Source: Bacillota bacterium
GTDB taxonomy: Bacteria > Bacillota > Clostridia > Oscillospirales > SIG627
Reading direction: 5' to 3'
NCBI GenBank assembly: GCA_029006345.1
Contig: JAQXGK010000019.1
Coordinates: 1-52,092, forward strand
DNA: 52,092 bases
Shown piece after piece: positions 27,935-37,808 of this stretch. The notes under the pieces were generated by a model that worked only from the letters and a program-made list of their open reading frames with translations, made no database searches and was not told where the DNA came from. How positions within the stretch are numbered: position 1 is the stretch's first letter; every line of letters starts with the position of its first letter. A program made the position numbers and the translations under genes.

Positions 27935-29600
27935 CTGACAGCGACTCCTTGAGTTTAGTCAGCGCGATTTTGGTTTCTGCCGTGGTTTCGCCGAGAAGCG
28001 ACGCGATTTCCTGCACGGCTCTCATCTGCTTCTCTATGACCTTGTCGGTGACCTCGATGGTCTGACGGCTGATACTGTCCTTCTTCTCGCGCTGAGCCTC
28101 ATCCTCTGTGACATCCTGCATAATGCAGGTGATGGTGCGGTAGGCGGCGTCGTAAACCACGGTTTCGTCGACATATCTGGAATACTCGGCAAGATAGCGG
28201 CGTTTTTTCGGAAGTGAACGCTTGAGATTGAGCGCCTTGATATAATCCGCCGGATCGGTTATGCGGATAACCGGTTCGCCCAGGACGTCGGAGGCGTCGC
28301 GCAGGTTGAAAATTCTGAGTGCGGCGGCGTTTATTTCCTGAACCTCCATTTCTTCATTAAGAAGAATGATACCGTTGGGAGTATTTCTGATTATACTGTC
28401 GGAGAGCGACTGTGCGCGCTCCTTTAAGTACGGCAGACACATGGTCAAATCCGCTTTGCCGCGCAAAACGGCCTTAGCCTTCTCGCGGCAGGAATCGTAG
28501 CCGCAGGAGCCGCAGTTGAGCTCATCCTCCGGCTTGGTCTTGCCCATTTCCCGCAAAACAGAACGGATTTCTTCCTCTGAGGGCTCCGAGCTGCCGCTTG
28601 CCGACGGAAGATGAGAGCAGGTGAGTCTTTCCGGCGAAAAGTCGGCGGAAAAATCTTGCTCTCCCACAAGGCTGTTTACGGCTATGTAATCGGTTATCGG
28701 GCTGTGGTGCGTCTTTTCCATGACCGGTCCGCCGATACAGCTTCCGCTGCACGCCGACATTTCGACGAAACATTTCTTAATATTGCCGGCGATGATATCG
28801 TGAAGCGCCGCGAGACAGTTTTCCATGCCGTCTACCGACATATATGTATAGCCGGAGGGCTTATCCATGCAGCTGATTATTCCCCCCGAGGTGGGGAAGG
28901 AACGCGCTCTGCCGCTGCCGTCGGGAACGGGAGCGGACGGCTCGAGCTCGATTTTTTCTGCCTCAAACCATTCCGTAAGCTCCTCAAAGGTGAGAGCGCA
29001 GTCAACGTTCGCGTCGACATCCCGCGCCTCGGCCTTTTTAGAAATGCAGGGGCCGATAAATACTGTGTATGAATCGGGGTTTCTGCGCTTTAAGTCGGCA
29101 CAGTGAGCCTCCATGGGAGTAACTACATTTGCCAAAAACGGCAGTGCGGCGGGATAATACTTCTCAATAAGCAGATTTACCGTGTGACAGCAGGAGGAAA
29201 TAATCAGGTCGTGCGAGCCGTCCGACAGCAGGCTTTCATACTGCTTTTTGACCATTGTGGCGCCGACGGCGGTCTCCTCCGCGCCGGCAAAGCCGAGCTT
29301 AATGAGACCGTTTGTCAGGCTGGCGAAGGAAACGCCCGAATAATTCGCTGACCAGGACGGAGCAACGCTGACAAAGACCTGTTTGCCGCTCTGTATCAGA
29401 ACGCGCGCTTTTTCGACATCATTTCGTATCTCTTTTGCATTCTGCGGACAAACCACAAAGCACCTGCCGCAGAGAATACATTCATCGGCGATAATATGAG
29501 CTTGATTTCCGGAAAAACGAATGGATTTGACCGGGCAATTCCGTATGCACTTATAGCAGTTCTTGCAGTTTGATTTTTTTAGCTTGAGTATGTCTGTCAT
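27927..29600 (-). CDS. Putative sensory [FeFe]-hydrogenase with C-terminal FeS and PAS domains (HydS/HfsB-like)
   Basis: CKNCYKCIRNCP, SSCCH, GPCISKKAE, EMSACSGSCIGG, NCGSCGYDSC, PNGIILLN, MRAVQEIASLLGETTAETK. Confidence 0.9.
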   Translation of the reverse strand: MTDILKLKKSNCKNCYKCIRNCPVKSIRFSGNQAHIIADECILCGRCFVVCPQNAKEIRNDVEKARVLIQSGKQVFVSVAPSWSANYSGVSFASLTNGLIKLGFAGAEETAVGATMVKKQYESLLSDGSHDLIISSCCHTVNLLIEKYYPAALPFLANVVTPMEAHCADLKRRNPDSYTVFIGPCISKKAEARDVDANVDCALTFEELTEWFEAEKIELEPSAPVPDGSGRARSFPTSGGIISCMDKPSGYTYMSVDGMENCLAALHDIIAGNIKKCFVEMSACSGSCIGGPVMEKTHHSPITDYIAVNSLVGEQDFSADFSPERLTCSHLPSASGSSEPSEEEIRSVLREMGKTKPEDELNCGSCGYDSCREKAKAVLRGKADLTMCLPYLKERAQSLSDSIIRNTPNGIILLNEEMEVQEINAAALRIFNLRDASDVLGEPVIRITDPADYIKALNLKRSLPKKRRYLAEYSRYVDETVVYDAAYRTITCIMQDVTEDEAQREKKDSISRQTIEVTDKVIEKQMRAVQEIASLLGETTAETKIALTKLKESLSDD

Positions 29601-29638
29601 TGGCTGAAAGCTCCTTTCGGAAGGCTTGATTTATCCTG

Positions 29639-30280
29639 TTATTTCTCTTTTTCCGACAGTTCGGTAAGATGGCGTGAAAGTACGGCAAGAGAAATTGCCA
29701 TATTTTCGCTTTTGACTAAGATATTGTCCGGCGCTTCGAGATGACAGGGTGCAAAATTCCAAATCGCCCTGACGCCTCCTTCAACGAGAGCGTCGCAGAC
29801 CTTCTGCGCATGCGCCGCGGGAACCGTGATTATTCCAATATGGATATTCATACGCCGGCAGAGGTCGGTCAGCTTTTCTGCCGGAAGAATTTTCTTGCCG
29901 TTGCAGTCGTCCTCCCCGATAACTGCCGGGTCTGAGTCAAAGGCGGCGACGATTTCCAATCCGTACTCCGCAAATCCCGAATAATCGAGCAGAGCACGGC
30001 CGAGCTTGCCCGCTCCGACAAGCACCGCATCCTTGGTATCGTTGCAGCCCAAGAAGGTCTCAATATCGGTTTTCAGCTCCTCGATGCAGTAGCCGAGCTT
30101 GGGCCTGCCGCCCGAGCTGACCTGCGCGAGGTCCTTTCTGACCTGAATTTCGCCGAGTCCGAGGGCTGCGGCTATCGCACCTGCCGAGATATTTCCTCCG
30201 CGCGAAACAGCGTCGCTTTTCAGGTAATTAAGATATACGGGGAGCCGCTGCAGCGTTTGAATAGAAATGTTTTCGCCCAT
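29639..30280 (-). CDS. rex: Redox-sensing transcriptional repressor Rex
   Basis: RLPVYL, QVRKDL, VGAGKLGRAL, IWNFAP. Confidence 0.93.
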   Translation of the reverse strand: MGENISIQTLQRLPVYLNYLKSDAVSRGGNISAGAIAAALGLGEIQVRKDLAQVSSGGRPKLGYCIEELKTDIETFLGCNDTKDAVLVGAGKLGRALLDYSGFAEYGLEIVAAFDSDPAVIGEDDCNGKKILPAEKLTDLCRRMNIHIGIITVPAAHAQKVCDALVEGGVRAIWNFAPCHLEAPDNILVKSENMAISLAVLSRHLTELSEKEK

Positions 30281-30319
30281 AATATTGCCCTTTCGGTAAA
30301 CATAGTTTTTTTCAAGTAT

Positions 30320-30398
30320 ATCATACTATATTCCGGGCAGTTTGAACAGTAGCAAAAAACGATATATCGATATACTGCTATCGATATATCGTTTCTGC
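30320..30398 (-). promoter_or_regulatory. rex operon promoter with an upstream palindrome (operator and/or adh terminator)
   Basis: -10 TATGAT at 30325..30320; AAACGATATATCGATA-N6-TATCGATATATCGTTT. Confidence 0.6.
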
Positions 30399-30502
30399 TG
30401 CCGATAAAGGATTTGCCCGACGGATGCTTGCCGGCGCGGTGAAGAAGCCGCGCCGCATTCGCCGGGCGTGAGGAAATATATGAAAATCTTAGAAATCGGC
30501 TA

Positions 30503-31720
30503 TCAGAAATCTACTTCGGTGTCGTAGTAGCAGCACTTGAGCAGTTTTTCCATTTCTTCCTGTGTGGGAATTCTGGGGTTGGAGCCTGTGCAAGCGTCGC
30601 CGATAGCGTTCTTTGCAATCTCGGGCAGTCTCTCAAGGAATACATTCTCGGGAACAAAGCCCTGCTCTGTCGGATAGCTGTCGGCACCGTAGTTCTTGAT
30701 GCAGTGCGGGATGTTGAGGCTGTCGTTCATGCCGCGGAGGTAGTCGATGAGAAGGCGAACCTTTTCAGCTACTGTGTTTCCTCCGAGGTTCATGTAGTCG
30801 GCGATAACTGCGTAGCGCTTAGCGGCTGTCTCATCCTTTGCATTGAAGGCGATAACCTTGGGAAGATACATAGCGTTTGCCGCGCCGTGGATGATGTGCG
30901 CGCCGTAGTCGGCAAAAGCCGCGCCGGTCTTGTGCGCCATCGAGTGAACGATACCGAGAAGAGCATTGGAGAACGCCATTCCGGCAAGGCACTGAGCGTT
31001 GTGCATGCTGTCACGCTTGCCCATATCGCCGTTATAGCTGTCTACAAGGTCGTCCTGAATCATCTTGATTGCGAATATTGCAAGCGGATCGGTGTAGTCG
31101 CTGTTGGCCGTCGAAACATATGCCTCGATGGAGTGAGTCATAGCGTCCATACCGGTGTGAGCTACAAGCTTCTTGGGCATGGTCTCGGCGAGGTCGGGGT
31201 CTACGATTGCTACATCGGGAGTGATCTCGAAGTCAGCTATCGGATACTTGATACCCTTGCTGTAATCGGTAATGATGGAGAATGCAGTTACCTCTGTTGC
31301 TGTGCCTGAGGTGGAAGAAATAGCACAGAATTTAGCTTTCTTGCGAAGCTTGGGAAGTCCGAATACCTTGCACATATCCTCGAAGGTAACCTCGGGATAC
31401 TCATATTTAATCCACATAGCCTTTGCAGCGTCGATGGGTGAACCGCCGCCCATTGCAATAATCCAGTCGGGCTGGAACTTGAGCATAGCTTCTGCGCCCT
31501 TCATAACTGTCTCGACTGAGGGATCGGGCTCGATACCTTCAAAAAGCTCAACCTCCATGCCGGCTTCCTTCAGGTAAGCCTCTGCCTTGTCGAGAAATCC
31601 GAACTTCTTCATTGAGCCGCCGCCGACGCAGATCATAGCTCTCTTGCCTTCAAAGGTCTTGAGCGCCTCGAGCGCACCCTTGCCGTGGTATAAGTCTCTC
31701 GGTAATGTAAATCTTGCCAT
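30503..31720 (-). CDS. Iron-containing alcohol dehydrogenase (NADPH-dependent butanol dehydrogenase-like)
   Basis: GGGSMK, EPDPS, GGGSPIDAAK, TSGTATE, DAMTHSIE, HSMAH, HGAANA. Confidence 0.93.
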   Translation of the reverse strand: MARFTLPRDLYHGKGALEALKTFEGKRAMICVGGGSMKKFGFLDKAEAYLKEAGMEVELFEGIEPDPSVETVMKGAEAMLKFQPDWIIAMGGGSPIDAAKAMWIKYEYPEVTFEDMCKVFGLPKLRKKAKFCAISSTSGTATEVTAFSIITDYSKGIKYPIADFEITPDVAIVDPDLAETMPKKLVAHTGMDAMTHSIEAYVSTANSDYTDPLAIFAIKMIQDDLVDSYNGDMGKRDSMHNAQCLAGMAFSNALLGIVHSMAHKTGAAFADYGAHIIHGAANAMYLPKVIAFNAKDETAAKRYAVIADYMNLGGNTVAEKVRLLIDYLRGMNDSLNIPHCIKNYGADSYPTEQGFVPENVFLERLPEIAKNAIGDACTGSNPRIPTQEEMEKLLKCCYYDTEVDF

Positions 31721-31768
31721 TTTCATTTCCTCCTGTTTCCCGAGTCAACGGGTTTTCTTTACACTGAT

Positions 31769-31837
31769 ATCTTATCACCGTTCGGTAAAATATGGGAAGT
31801 ACCAATAATGGAATATCGATATACGATTATCTATATA
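31769..31837 (-). promoter_or_regulatory. adh promoter with the upstream motif shared with the rex promoter
   Basis: TG-N-TAAGAT (hexamer 31774..31769); ATATCGATATACgatTATCtATATA at 31813-31837. Confidence 0.6.
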
Positions 31838-31975
31838 ACAAATATTACGACCGGTACAAGCATTATGTACCGGTCGGTTAAGTTTTAGACAGTATATAAT
31901 TTGTGCGGCACGGAAATGAGGCCGGACATACTGCGCAAACGGAGTCTTTCGGAGTATATCGCAGGAAAGAGGCGC

Positions 31976-32902
31976 TCACACCATTTCTGCCGCGGCTTTT
32001 TTCAGTAATTCCAAGAATTTTTTGTCATTTGCGGTCAGGCGGTAGCCGTGACGGTAAATAAATACGTCGGCAAAGCGTTTTTTGGACGCGTCACAGGGGA
32101 GCTCTACCAGGCCGAAGCGGTCGAGCACATCCCGAGGCATCGGTGAAACCCACATATAAGTATTCGGCACGCGGCTGAGTATTTCGAGCTGACTGCCGCG
32201 TTCATATACCTTAATGCTTTTTTTGCGGTCGAGAGACTGAGCAAAGCGGCGCGCCTCCGAGAGCGGCAGGGCGGGCACGGAAATATCGCCGGGATTGATT
32301 TCGGGAAACTGTTGAAGCTCCTCATAGCTGACCTCGGAGCATACTGCCAGGGGATGGGAGGTTGACATCAGCGCGTGGTATTCAAACTCTTTAATCAACT
32401 CGTGCCTGAGATCATTGTCTTCCAGCGAGGTGAGAAAGTATTTCTCATAATCGAGCTGATAGCGTATGACGGCTATATCGTCGGTGCTTGAGGCGACGTC
32501 CGATATGGCGTGGAGCGAATTTGTCTCGCGGTAATCGACCTTTATATCATTGTCAAAATCCAGCGTTTTGAGAAACTCCGTAAAAGCGTAGGAGATGTAG
32601 CTTGCGCGGGGAACGGCTATTCTGATTTCCTGCTTGCCCTCCGGCGACGGCTTGTAGCGAGCTTCCATTTCGTCGATCTGATTCAATATATTGCGCGTAT
32701 ATTCGAGAAATCCCTTACCCTTCTGGGTGGGAATGACGCCCTTCGGAGTGCGGTTGAATATGTCGAAGCCGATTTCGTTTTCAAGCTCCCGAATGGCTTT
32801 TGAAAGGTGAGGCTGACCCATATAGAGGTTTTCCGCCGCCTTTGAAATAGAGCCGGTTCTTTCAACCTCTACTGCATATCTGAGGTGCTGGATGTTATTC
32901 AT
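31976..32902 (-). CDS. LysR family transcriptional regulator
   Basis: GSISKAAENLYMGQPHLSKAIRELENEIGFDIFNRT HTH. Confidence 0.93.
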   Translation of the reverse strand: MNNIQHLRYAVEVERTGSISKAAENLYMGQPHLSKAIRELENEIGFDIFNRTPKGVIPTQKGKGFLEYTRNILNQIDEMEARYKPSPEGKQEIRIAVPRASYISYAFTEFLKTLDFDNDIKVDYRETNSLHAISDVASSTDDIAVIRYQLDYEKYFLTSLEDNDLRHELIKEFEYHALMSTSHPLAVCSEVSYEELQQFPEINPGDISVPALPLSEARRFAQSLDRKKSIKVYERGSQLEILSRVPNTYMWVSPMPRDVLDRFGLVELPCDASKKRFADVFIYRHGYRLTANDKKFLELLKKAAAEMV

Positions 32903-32926
32903 GAGACCTTCCCTCCTTGATTATCA

Positions 32927-34279
32927 TCAGAGATTTGCTCCGTTTTGCGCGATAACACAACGATACCATTCAAATGAATCCTTCTTGATGCGCTCGCCGG
33001 TCGAGTAATCTACATACACTATGCCGAAGCGTTCGTTGTAGCCGCTCTGCCACTCGAAGTTATCGAGTATTGACCAGAGCATATAGCCGTCAATCGGAAT
33101 ATTCTCATCGGCGGCACGCTTGAGATTTCTGAGATAACGGTGCAAAAAATCGATTCTGTTGGGGTCGTGTACCTTGCCGTCAAGAGAGACGGTATCGTGG
33201 CAGGACATGCCGTTTTCGGTTATTATTATCGGAAGCTTATAGCGTTCGTAAAGGAACTTTGGCGACCAGTAGAGAGCTTCCGGCGTTATCGCCCAGTCAG
33301 CGCCGGTCTTTGAGGCACCCTGGGGACGCGGAACGCTTTCGATGCCGTTTGCCCCCTTGCGGCAGACGGCGCCCTGATAAATATTTTGCCCGTAGTAATC
33401 CGTCGGGGTGCTGATAAGAGGCAAATCCTTTTCGTAATCAGCGGGGAGATTATGCGCTATTTTCTTAAACTCGGGGTCGTCCTCGGGGTAATGACCGAGA
33501 AGCACCGGATCGGACCAGAAAACAACCGACCACGACCAGTTATTCGGTTCGATGCTGAAATACCGGCTTCGGGCGGCCTCTATATCCTCCGGCTTTTCGG
33601 TCGCCGGAAGAGACGGTGTACCGGTGGGCGCGAAGCCGACTCTGCAGTCGGGAATTATTTCCTTCAGGGCGCTGACCGCTCTGCCGTGAGCCTTGAGAAC
33701 ATTATGCGCCATAGGCAATGTTTCAATATCCGAGAGACAGAGCCCCGGCGCCTGGTAACCGAAGCGGTAGCCGTAGCCGATAAAGCACTGCGGCTCATTG
33801 AAGGTAAAGAAATTTTTAACGCGGTCGCCGAAGCTCTTGGCGACAAGGCGCGTATATTCCTCAAACCACGCGGGACTCTCGGGATTTCTCCAGCCGCCGC
33901 GGATCGCGAGAGCGTAGGGAAGATCCCAGTGATAAAGAGTGATAAAGGGCGTTATTCCCTTTTCGAGCAGTGCGTCGATAAGGTCGCTGTAAAACTTAAT
34001 GCCCTCCGGGTTGACCCTGCCGGTTCCCTCCGGGATTATACGAGACCACGAGATTGAGAAGCGGTACGCATTGCCGCCCAAATCGGACAGAATACCCACA
34101 TCCTCGCGCCAGCGGTGGTAATGGTCGCAGGCGACGTCGCCGGTCGCGCCGTCGCGCGCTCTGCCCTCCTCGCAGTATATGTCCCAAACAGACTTGCCTC
34201 TGCCACCCTCGTGAGCGGCGCCCTCTATCTGATACGAGGCGGTTGCGGTGCCCCATAAAAAGTCATTTTTGAAGCCCAT
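32927..34279 (-). CDS. GH1 beta-glucosidase
   Basis: FLWGTATASYQIEG, DHYHRW, YRFSISWSR, TFNEP, ITENG, DNFEW. Confidence 0.95.
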   Translation of the reverse strand: MGFKNDFLWGTATASYQIEGAAHEGGRGKSVWDIYCEEGRARDGATGDVACDHYHRWREDVGILSDLGGNAYRFSISWSRIIPEGTGRVNPEGIKFYSDLIDALLEKGITPFITLYHWDLPYALAIRGGWRNPESPAWFEEYTRLVAKSFGDRVKNFFTFNEPQCFIGYGYRFGYQAPGLCLSDIETLPMAHNVLKAHGRAVSALKEIIPDCRVGFAPTGTPSLPATEKPEDIEAARSRYFSIEPNNWSWSVVFWSDPVLLGHYPEDDPEFKKIAHNLPADYEKDLPLISTPTDYYGQNIYQGAVCRKGANGIESVPRPQGASKTGADWAITPEALYWSPKFLYERYKLPIIITENGMSCHDTVSLDGKVHDPNRIDFLHRYLRNLKRAADENIPIDGYMLWSILDNFEWQSGYNERFGIVYVDYSTGERIKKDSFEWYRCVIAQNGANL

Positions 34280-34356
34280 ATTTATAAAAATCCTTTCATT
34301 TCAAGACGCACAAATGTATTGTTATCCGAGTAAGGATATACATTATCATATATACC

Positions 34357-34385
34357 AATATACCATTATCGGCACCCGATTGCAA
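34357..34385 (-). promoter_or_regulatory. Promoter of the GH1-LysR operon
   Basis: TTGCAA-17-TATATT. Confidence 0.6.
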
Positions 34386-34470
34386 CTGTTTTTCGACAAA
34401 AAGGCAATAAACAAAGCCGACGGCAGTTGCCGTCGGCATATTCGGGATGCTGTGCTGTATTTAATTGTAA

Positions 34471-34947
34471 TCAGATAAGCTTTTCTCCGCAATTAGTGCA
34501 AATTACGGCATCGGCGGGGCAGGCCGCTCCGCAGCCGCTGCAGTAGACTGTCTGCTCGGAGCCGTTATCCTTATTATTCTCACAAGCCTCGCTTTTTGGA
34601 AGCTCGGCACCGCATCTGTGGCAATAATCCGCGGACGAGGAGCATTTTTCTTTGCATTTAGGGCAGATTTTAAGCTCCTTGGTCTTTAATATCTCTGCCT
34701 TCATGCCGGATATCTTTTTCTCGCTCTCGGCGACTGAAGCGAACAGCTCCGAATACCTTTCGGGCGGCGCGTCATTGTTTTCACTGTAGAAAATCCTGCC
34801 GATTTCCTGATACAGGTTATTTCTTATTCTCTCCTCCGCATATACCGATGCGTTCAGCCGAGTAACATCTGCAAAGCACTTTGCTTTCTTTACGGCGTCC
34901 TGTCCTGTCTGCGAAAGCTTATCCTTGATTTCGTCAAAAGAAGCCAT
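34471..34947 (-). CDS. Zinc-ribbon domain protein with N-terminal coiled coil
   Basis: CPKC/CHRC and CSGC/CTNC pairs; TTGACG-17-TATAAT promoter upstream. Confidence 0.85.
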   Translation of the reverse strand: MASFDEIKDKLSQTGQDAVKKAKCFADVTRLNASVYAEERIRNNLYQEIGRIFYSENNDAPPERYSELFASVAESEKKISGMKAEILKTKELKICPKCKEKCSSSADYCHRCGAELPKSEACENNKDNGSEQTVYCSGCGAACPADAVICTNCGEKLI

Positions 34948-35097
34948 CGGACTGTCCTCCTTCTTTTTTGTATTGTTATTATATCACAAGTTGTCGCATA
35001 CGTCAAACTCACACGGCAGGCGGCGGGAAACAGCGGACGGGTTTGATTGCGGCAATAAGAAAAGGCGACGGATTTTTGCCGTCGCCTTTGAAGAAAA

Positions 35098-36879
35098 TTA
35101 CTTATTGAGGTTTGCCTTGAGAGTTTCGAGCTGATTTCTGAGCTCCTGGGGAAGCTTGTCGCCGAACTTCTTGTAGTGTTCTTCGATTTCAGCCGCTTCC
35201 TTTGTCCATACGTCCTTGTCGACGGTGAGGATGGACTTGAGAGTATCCATATCCATGTCGAGGTCGGTAAGATCGATGTCCTCGGGCTTGGGAACATAAC
35301 CGATAGCGGTTTCGGTGGCGTCTGCCTTGCCTTCGCAGCGGTCGATGATCCAGTTGAGAACTCTCATATTGTCGCCGAAGCCCGGCCAGATAAAGTTGCC
35401 GTCGTCATCGGTGCGGAACCAGTTTACATTGAATATCTTGGGAGCCTTGTCGCCGAGCTTTTTGCCCATGTCAAGCCAATGCTGGAAGTAGTCTGCCATG
35501 TTGTATCCGCAGAACGGAAGCATTGCCATCGGGTCGCGGCGAACCACGCCTACTGCACCGGCTGCTGCCGCGGTTGTTTCGCTCGCCATAGCCGAGCCGA
35601 TGAATACACCGTTTTCCCAGGACTTCGACTGATATACCAGGGGAGCGCACTTCGCACGGCGTCCGCCGAATACGATTGCGGAAATCGGCACTCCTTCGCC
35701 CTTGTCAAATTCCTCGGAAATGCAGGGGCAGTTTGCCGCGGGAGCGGTGAAACGTGAGTTGGGATGAGCGGCGCAGGTGGACTTGTCTGCCTTGTCGAAC
35801 TTAGCGGGATCCCACTTGTCACCCTTCCAGTCTATGCAGTTTGTCGGGAGATTCTTATTGAGACCCTCCCACCAAACGGTGTTGTCGCTCAAGTCATGAG
35901 CAACGTTTGTGAATATTGTATTTTTCTTTGTAGATTCAAGAGCGTTGAAGTTTGACTTTTCGTTTGTTCCGGGAGCAACGCCGAAGAAGCCGTTTTCGGG
36001 GTTGATAGCGTAGAGACGGCCGTCCTCCTTGATCTTCATCCAGGCGATGTCGTCGCCTACAGTCCAAATCTTGTAGCCCTTATCGCGGAGGTACTTCGGA
36101 GGAATGAGCATTGCAAGGTTGGTCTTGCCGCAGGCTGACGGGAATGCGGCAGCGATGTATTTTACCTCGCCCTTGGGGTTCTGAAGGCCGAGGATGAGCA
36201 TATGCTCTGCCATCCAGCCCTCTTTCCAGCCCTGATATGAAGCGATGCGGAGTGCGAAGCACTTCTTGCCGAGCAGAACGTTTCCGCCGTAAGCCGAGTT
36301 TACCGAGATGATTGCGTTGTCCTCGGGGAACTGGCAGATGTATCGGTTTTCGGGGTCGATGTCGCAGGAGGCGTGGAAGCCGCGAACCCAGTCATTGGAG
36401 TCGCCGAGAACGTCAAGCACCTTCTGACCGACACGGGTCATAATAGCCATGTTGAGTACGACATACCTGGAGTCGGTGATTTCGATGCCGACCTCTGCAA
36501 GCGGCGAGCCAATGGGACCCATTGAGAACGGAATGACATACATTGTACGTCCCTTGTAGGAGCCCCGTGCAATCTTGTAGAGCTTGTCGTACATTTCCTG
36601 AGGATCGCACCAATGGTTTGTGGGGCCTGCATCCTCTTCTCTGCGCGAGCAGATGAAGGTTCTGTTTTCGACGCGGGCAACGTCATTGGGCTGTGTTCTG
36701 TGGAGATAGCATCCGGGGAGCTTCTCCTCATTGAGCTTAATCATTTCGCCGGACTTAACTGCCTCGGCGCGGATCTCGTCGAGCTGAGCTTCGCTTCCGT
36801 CTATCCAGACTATTTTGTCGGGACATACGAGGTCGGCTTTCTCTTGGACCCACTTGTTGAGAGTTGCGTTAGTGGTCAT
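35098..36879 (-). CDS. pckG: Phosphoenolpyruvate carboxykinase (GTP)
   Basis: DVARVE, LLGKKCFALR, AFPSACGKTNLAM, GDDIAW, HPNSRF, RDPMAMLPFCGY. Confidence 0.97.
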   Translation of the reverse strand: MTTNATLNKWVQEKADLVCPDKIVWIDGSEAQLDEIRAEAVKSGEMIKLNEEKLPGCYLHRTQPNDVARVENRTFICSRREEDAGPTNHWCDPQEMYDKLYKIARGSYKGRTMYVIPFSMGPIGSPLAEVGIEITDSRYVVLNMAIMTRVGQKVLDVLGDSNDWVRGFHASCDIDPENRYICQFPEDNAIISVNSAYGGNVLLGKKCFALRIASYQGWKEGWMAEHMLILGLQNPKGEVKYIAAAFPSACGKTNLAMLIPPKYLRDKGYKIWTVGDDIAWMKIKEDGRLYAINPENGFFGVAPGTNEKSNFNALESTKKNTIFTNVAHDLSDNTVWWEGLNKNLPTNCIDWKGDKWDPAKFDKADKSTCAAHPNSRFTAPAANCPCISEEFDKGEGVPISAIVFGGRRAKCAPLVYQSKSWENGVFIGSAMASETTAAAAGAVGVVRRDPMAMLPFCGYNMADYFQHWLDMGKKLGDKAPKIFNVNWFRTDDDGNFIWPGFGDNMRVLNWIIDRCEGKADATETAIGYVPKPEDIDLTDLDMDMDTLKSILTVDKDVWTKEAAEIEEHYKKFGDKLPQELRNQLETLKANLNK

Positions 36880-37047
36880 AGTATATATTTGTTCCTTTCA
36901 TTTATTAACATTTTTTCGGTGACAGACCGGCTGTTCAGATTTACTGCCGATTTTCGTTTTTCGCCTGATATAACGGTCGCTGACCGCCGAAACGAAAACC
37001 TGTATATGAAAGGTCATTCTTCCATACTCCCTTGTCTGCCAATTTAC

Positions 37048-37076
37048 ATTATAATTGCCTTTTATGCAAATTTCAA
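37048..37076 (-). promoter_or_regulatory. pckG promoter
   Basis: TTGAAA-17-TATAAT. Confidence 0.65.
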
Positions 37077-37334
37077 GTCAAATCTGAGAATTTTTGGTGA
37101 ACGTGCCGTTTTTGGCGCAAAAGAATGTTTGTCGTTGACTCCGCAAACCGAAAGCACTCCGTAAATCTTTTCTGATTTGTCTGTGCTGTCTATTTGCCGG
37201 CACAGCATTATAACCCGGTATTATTGCAATGAAAAACCAACCGCACGGGCAGCTCCACGGGGCGGTTGGCAAATACTGTCGGAAATGACTTTCGGCTGAG
37301 AAATATCAATGATAAGTATTTATACATGGATGAG

Positions 37335-37808
37335 TTATATCAATATACTTACTGCGCCGGAGCGGGCTATTGAGATTTCGCCGAAGTTTGAGAGCGATTG
37401 GACGGCTTCGTCAAGAACCGCGGGCTCGCCCGTGACCTCCACCACGACATTTGTCTCGCTTTCTCCGACTGCTTTATAATTCATTTCGGAAATAAAGCTG
37501 ATAAGCTGAGGACGGCTCTCTTTCGGACAGGCGACGCGCACAAACATGAGCTCGCGCGTGACGTGGGGCACCGAAACGCTCATTTCGTACACCTCGATGA
37601 CCTCCGAAACGTGACCGAGCTGACTTATCAGCTGTTCGGTCTCGCTTTGAGTTCCTATGACGGTGAAGGTGAGGTGATATATGCTTTCGTCGCCGGTGAC
37701 GCTGGTGACAAAGCTTTCGATATTGTAGCCGCGGCGGGTGAACATTCCGGATATGCGCGAGACGACGCCCGGCTTATTATCAACTATTGCGACAATGGTA
37801 TGCTTCAT
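37335..37808 (-). CDS. ilvN: Acetolactate synthase small subunit
   Basis: NKPGVVSRISGMFTRRGYNIES ACT domain; RELMFV; ARSG. Confidence 0.9.
   Translation of the reverse strand: MKHTIVAIVDNKPGVVSRISGMFTRRGYNIESFVTSVTGDESIYHLTFTVIGTQSETEQLISQLGHVSEVIEVYEMSVSVPHVTRELMFVRVACPKESRPQLISFISEMNYKAVGESETNVVVEVTGEPAVLDEAVQSLSNFGEISIARSGAVSILI

Noticed and set aside
37014-37025. Three-codon uORF (MEE) in the pckG leader
   Set aside because: The SD-like sequence is only about 1 nt from the ATG, so initiation is unlikely
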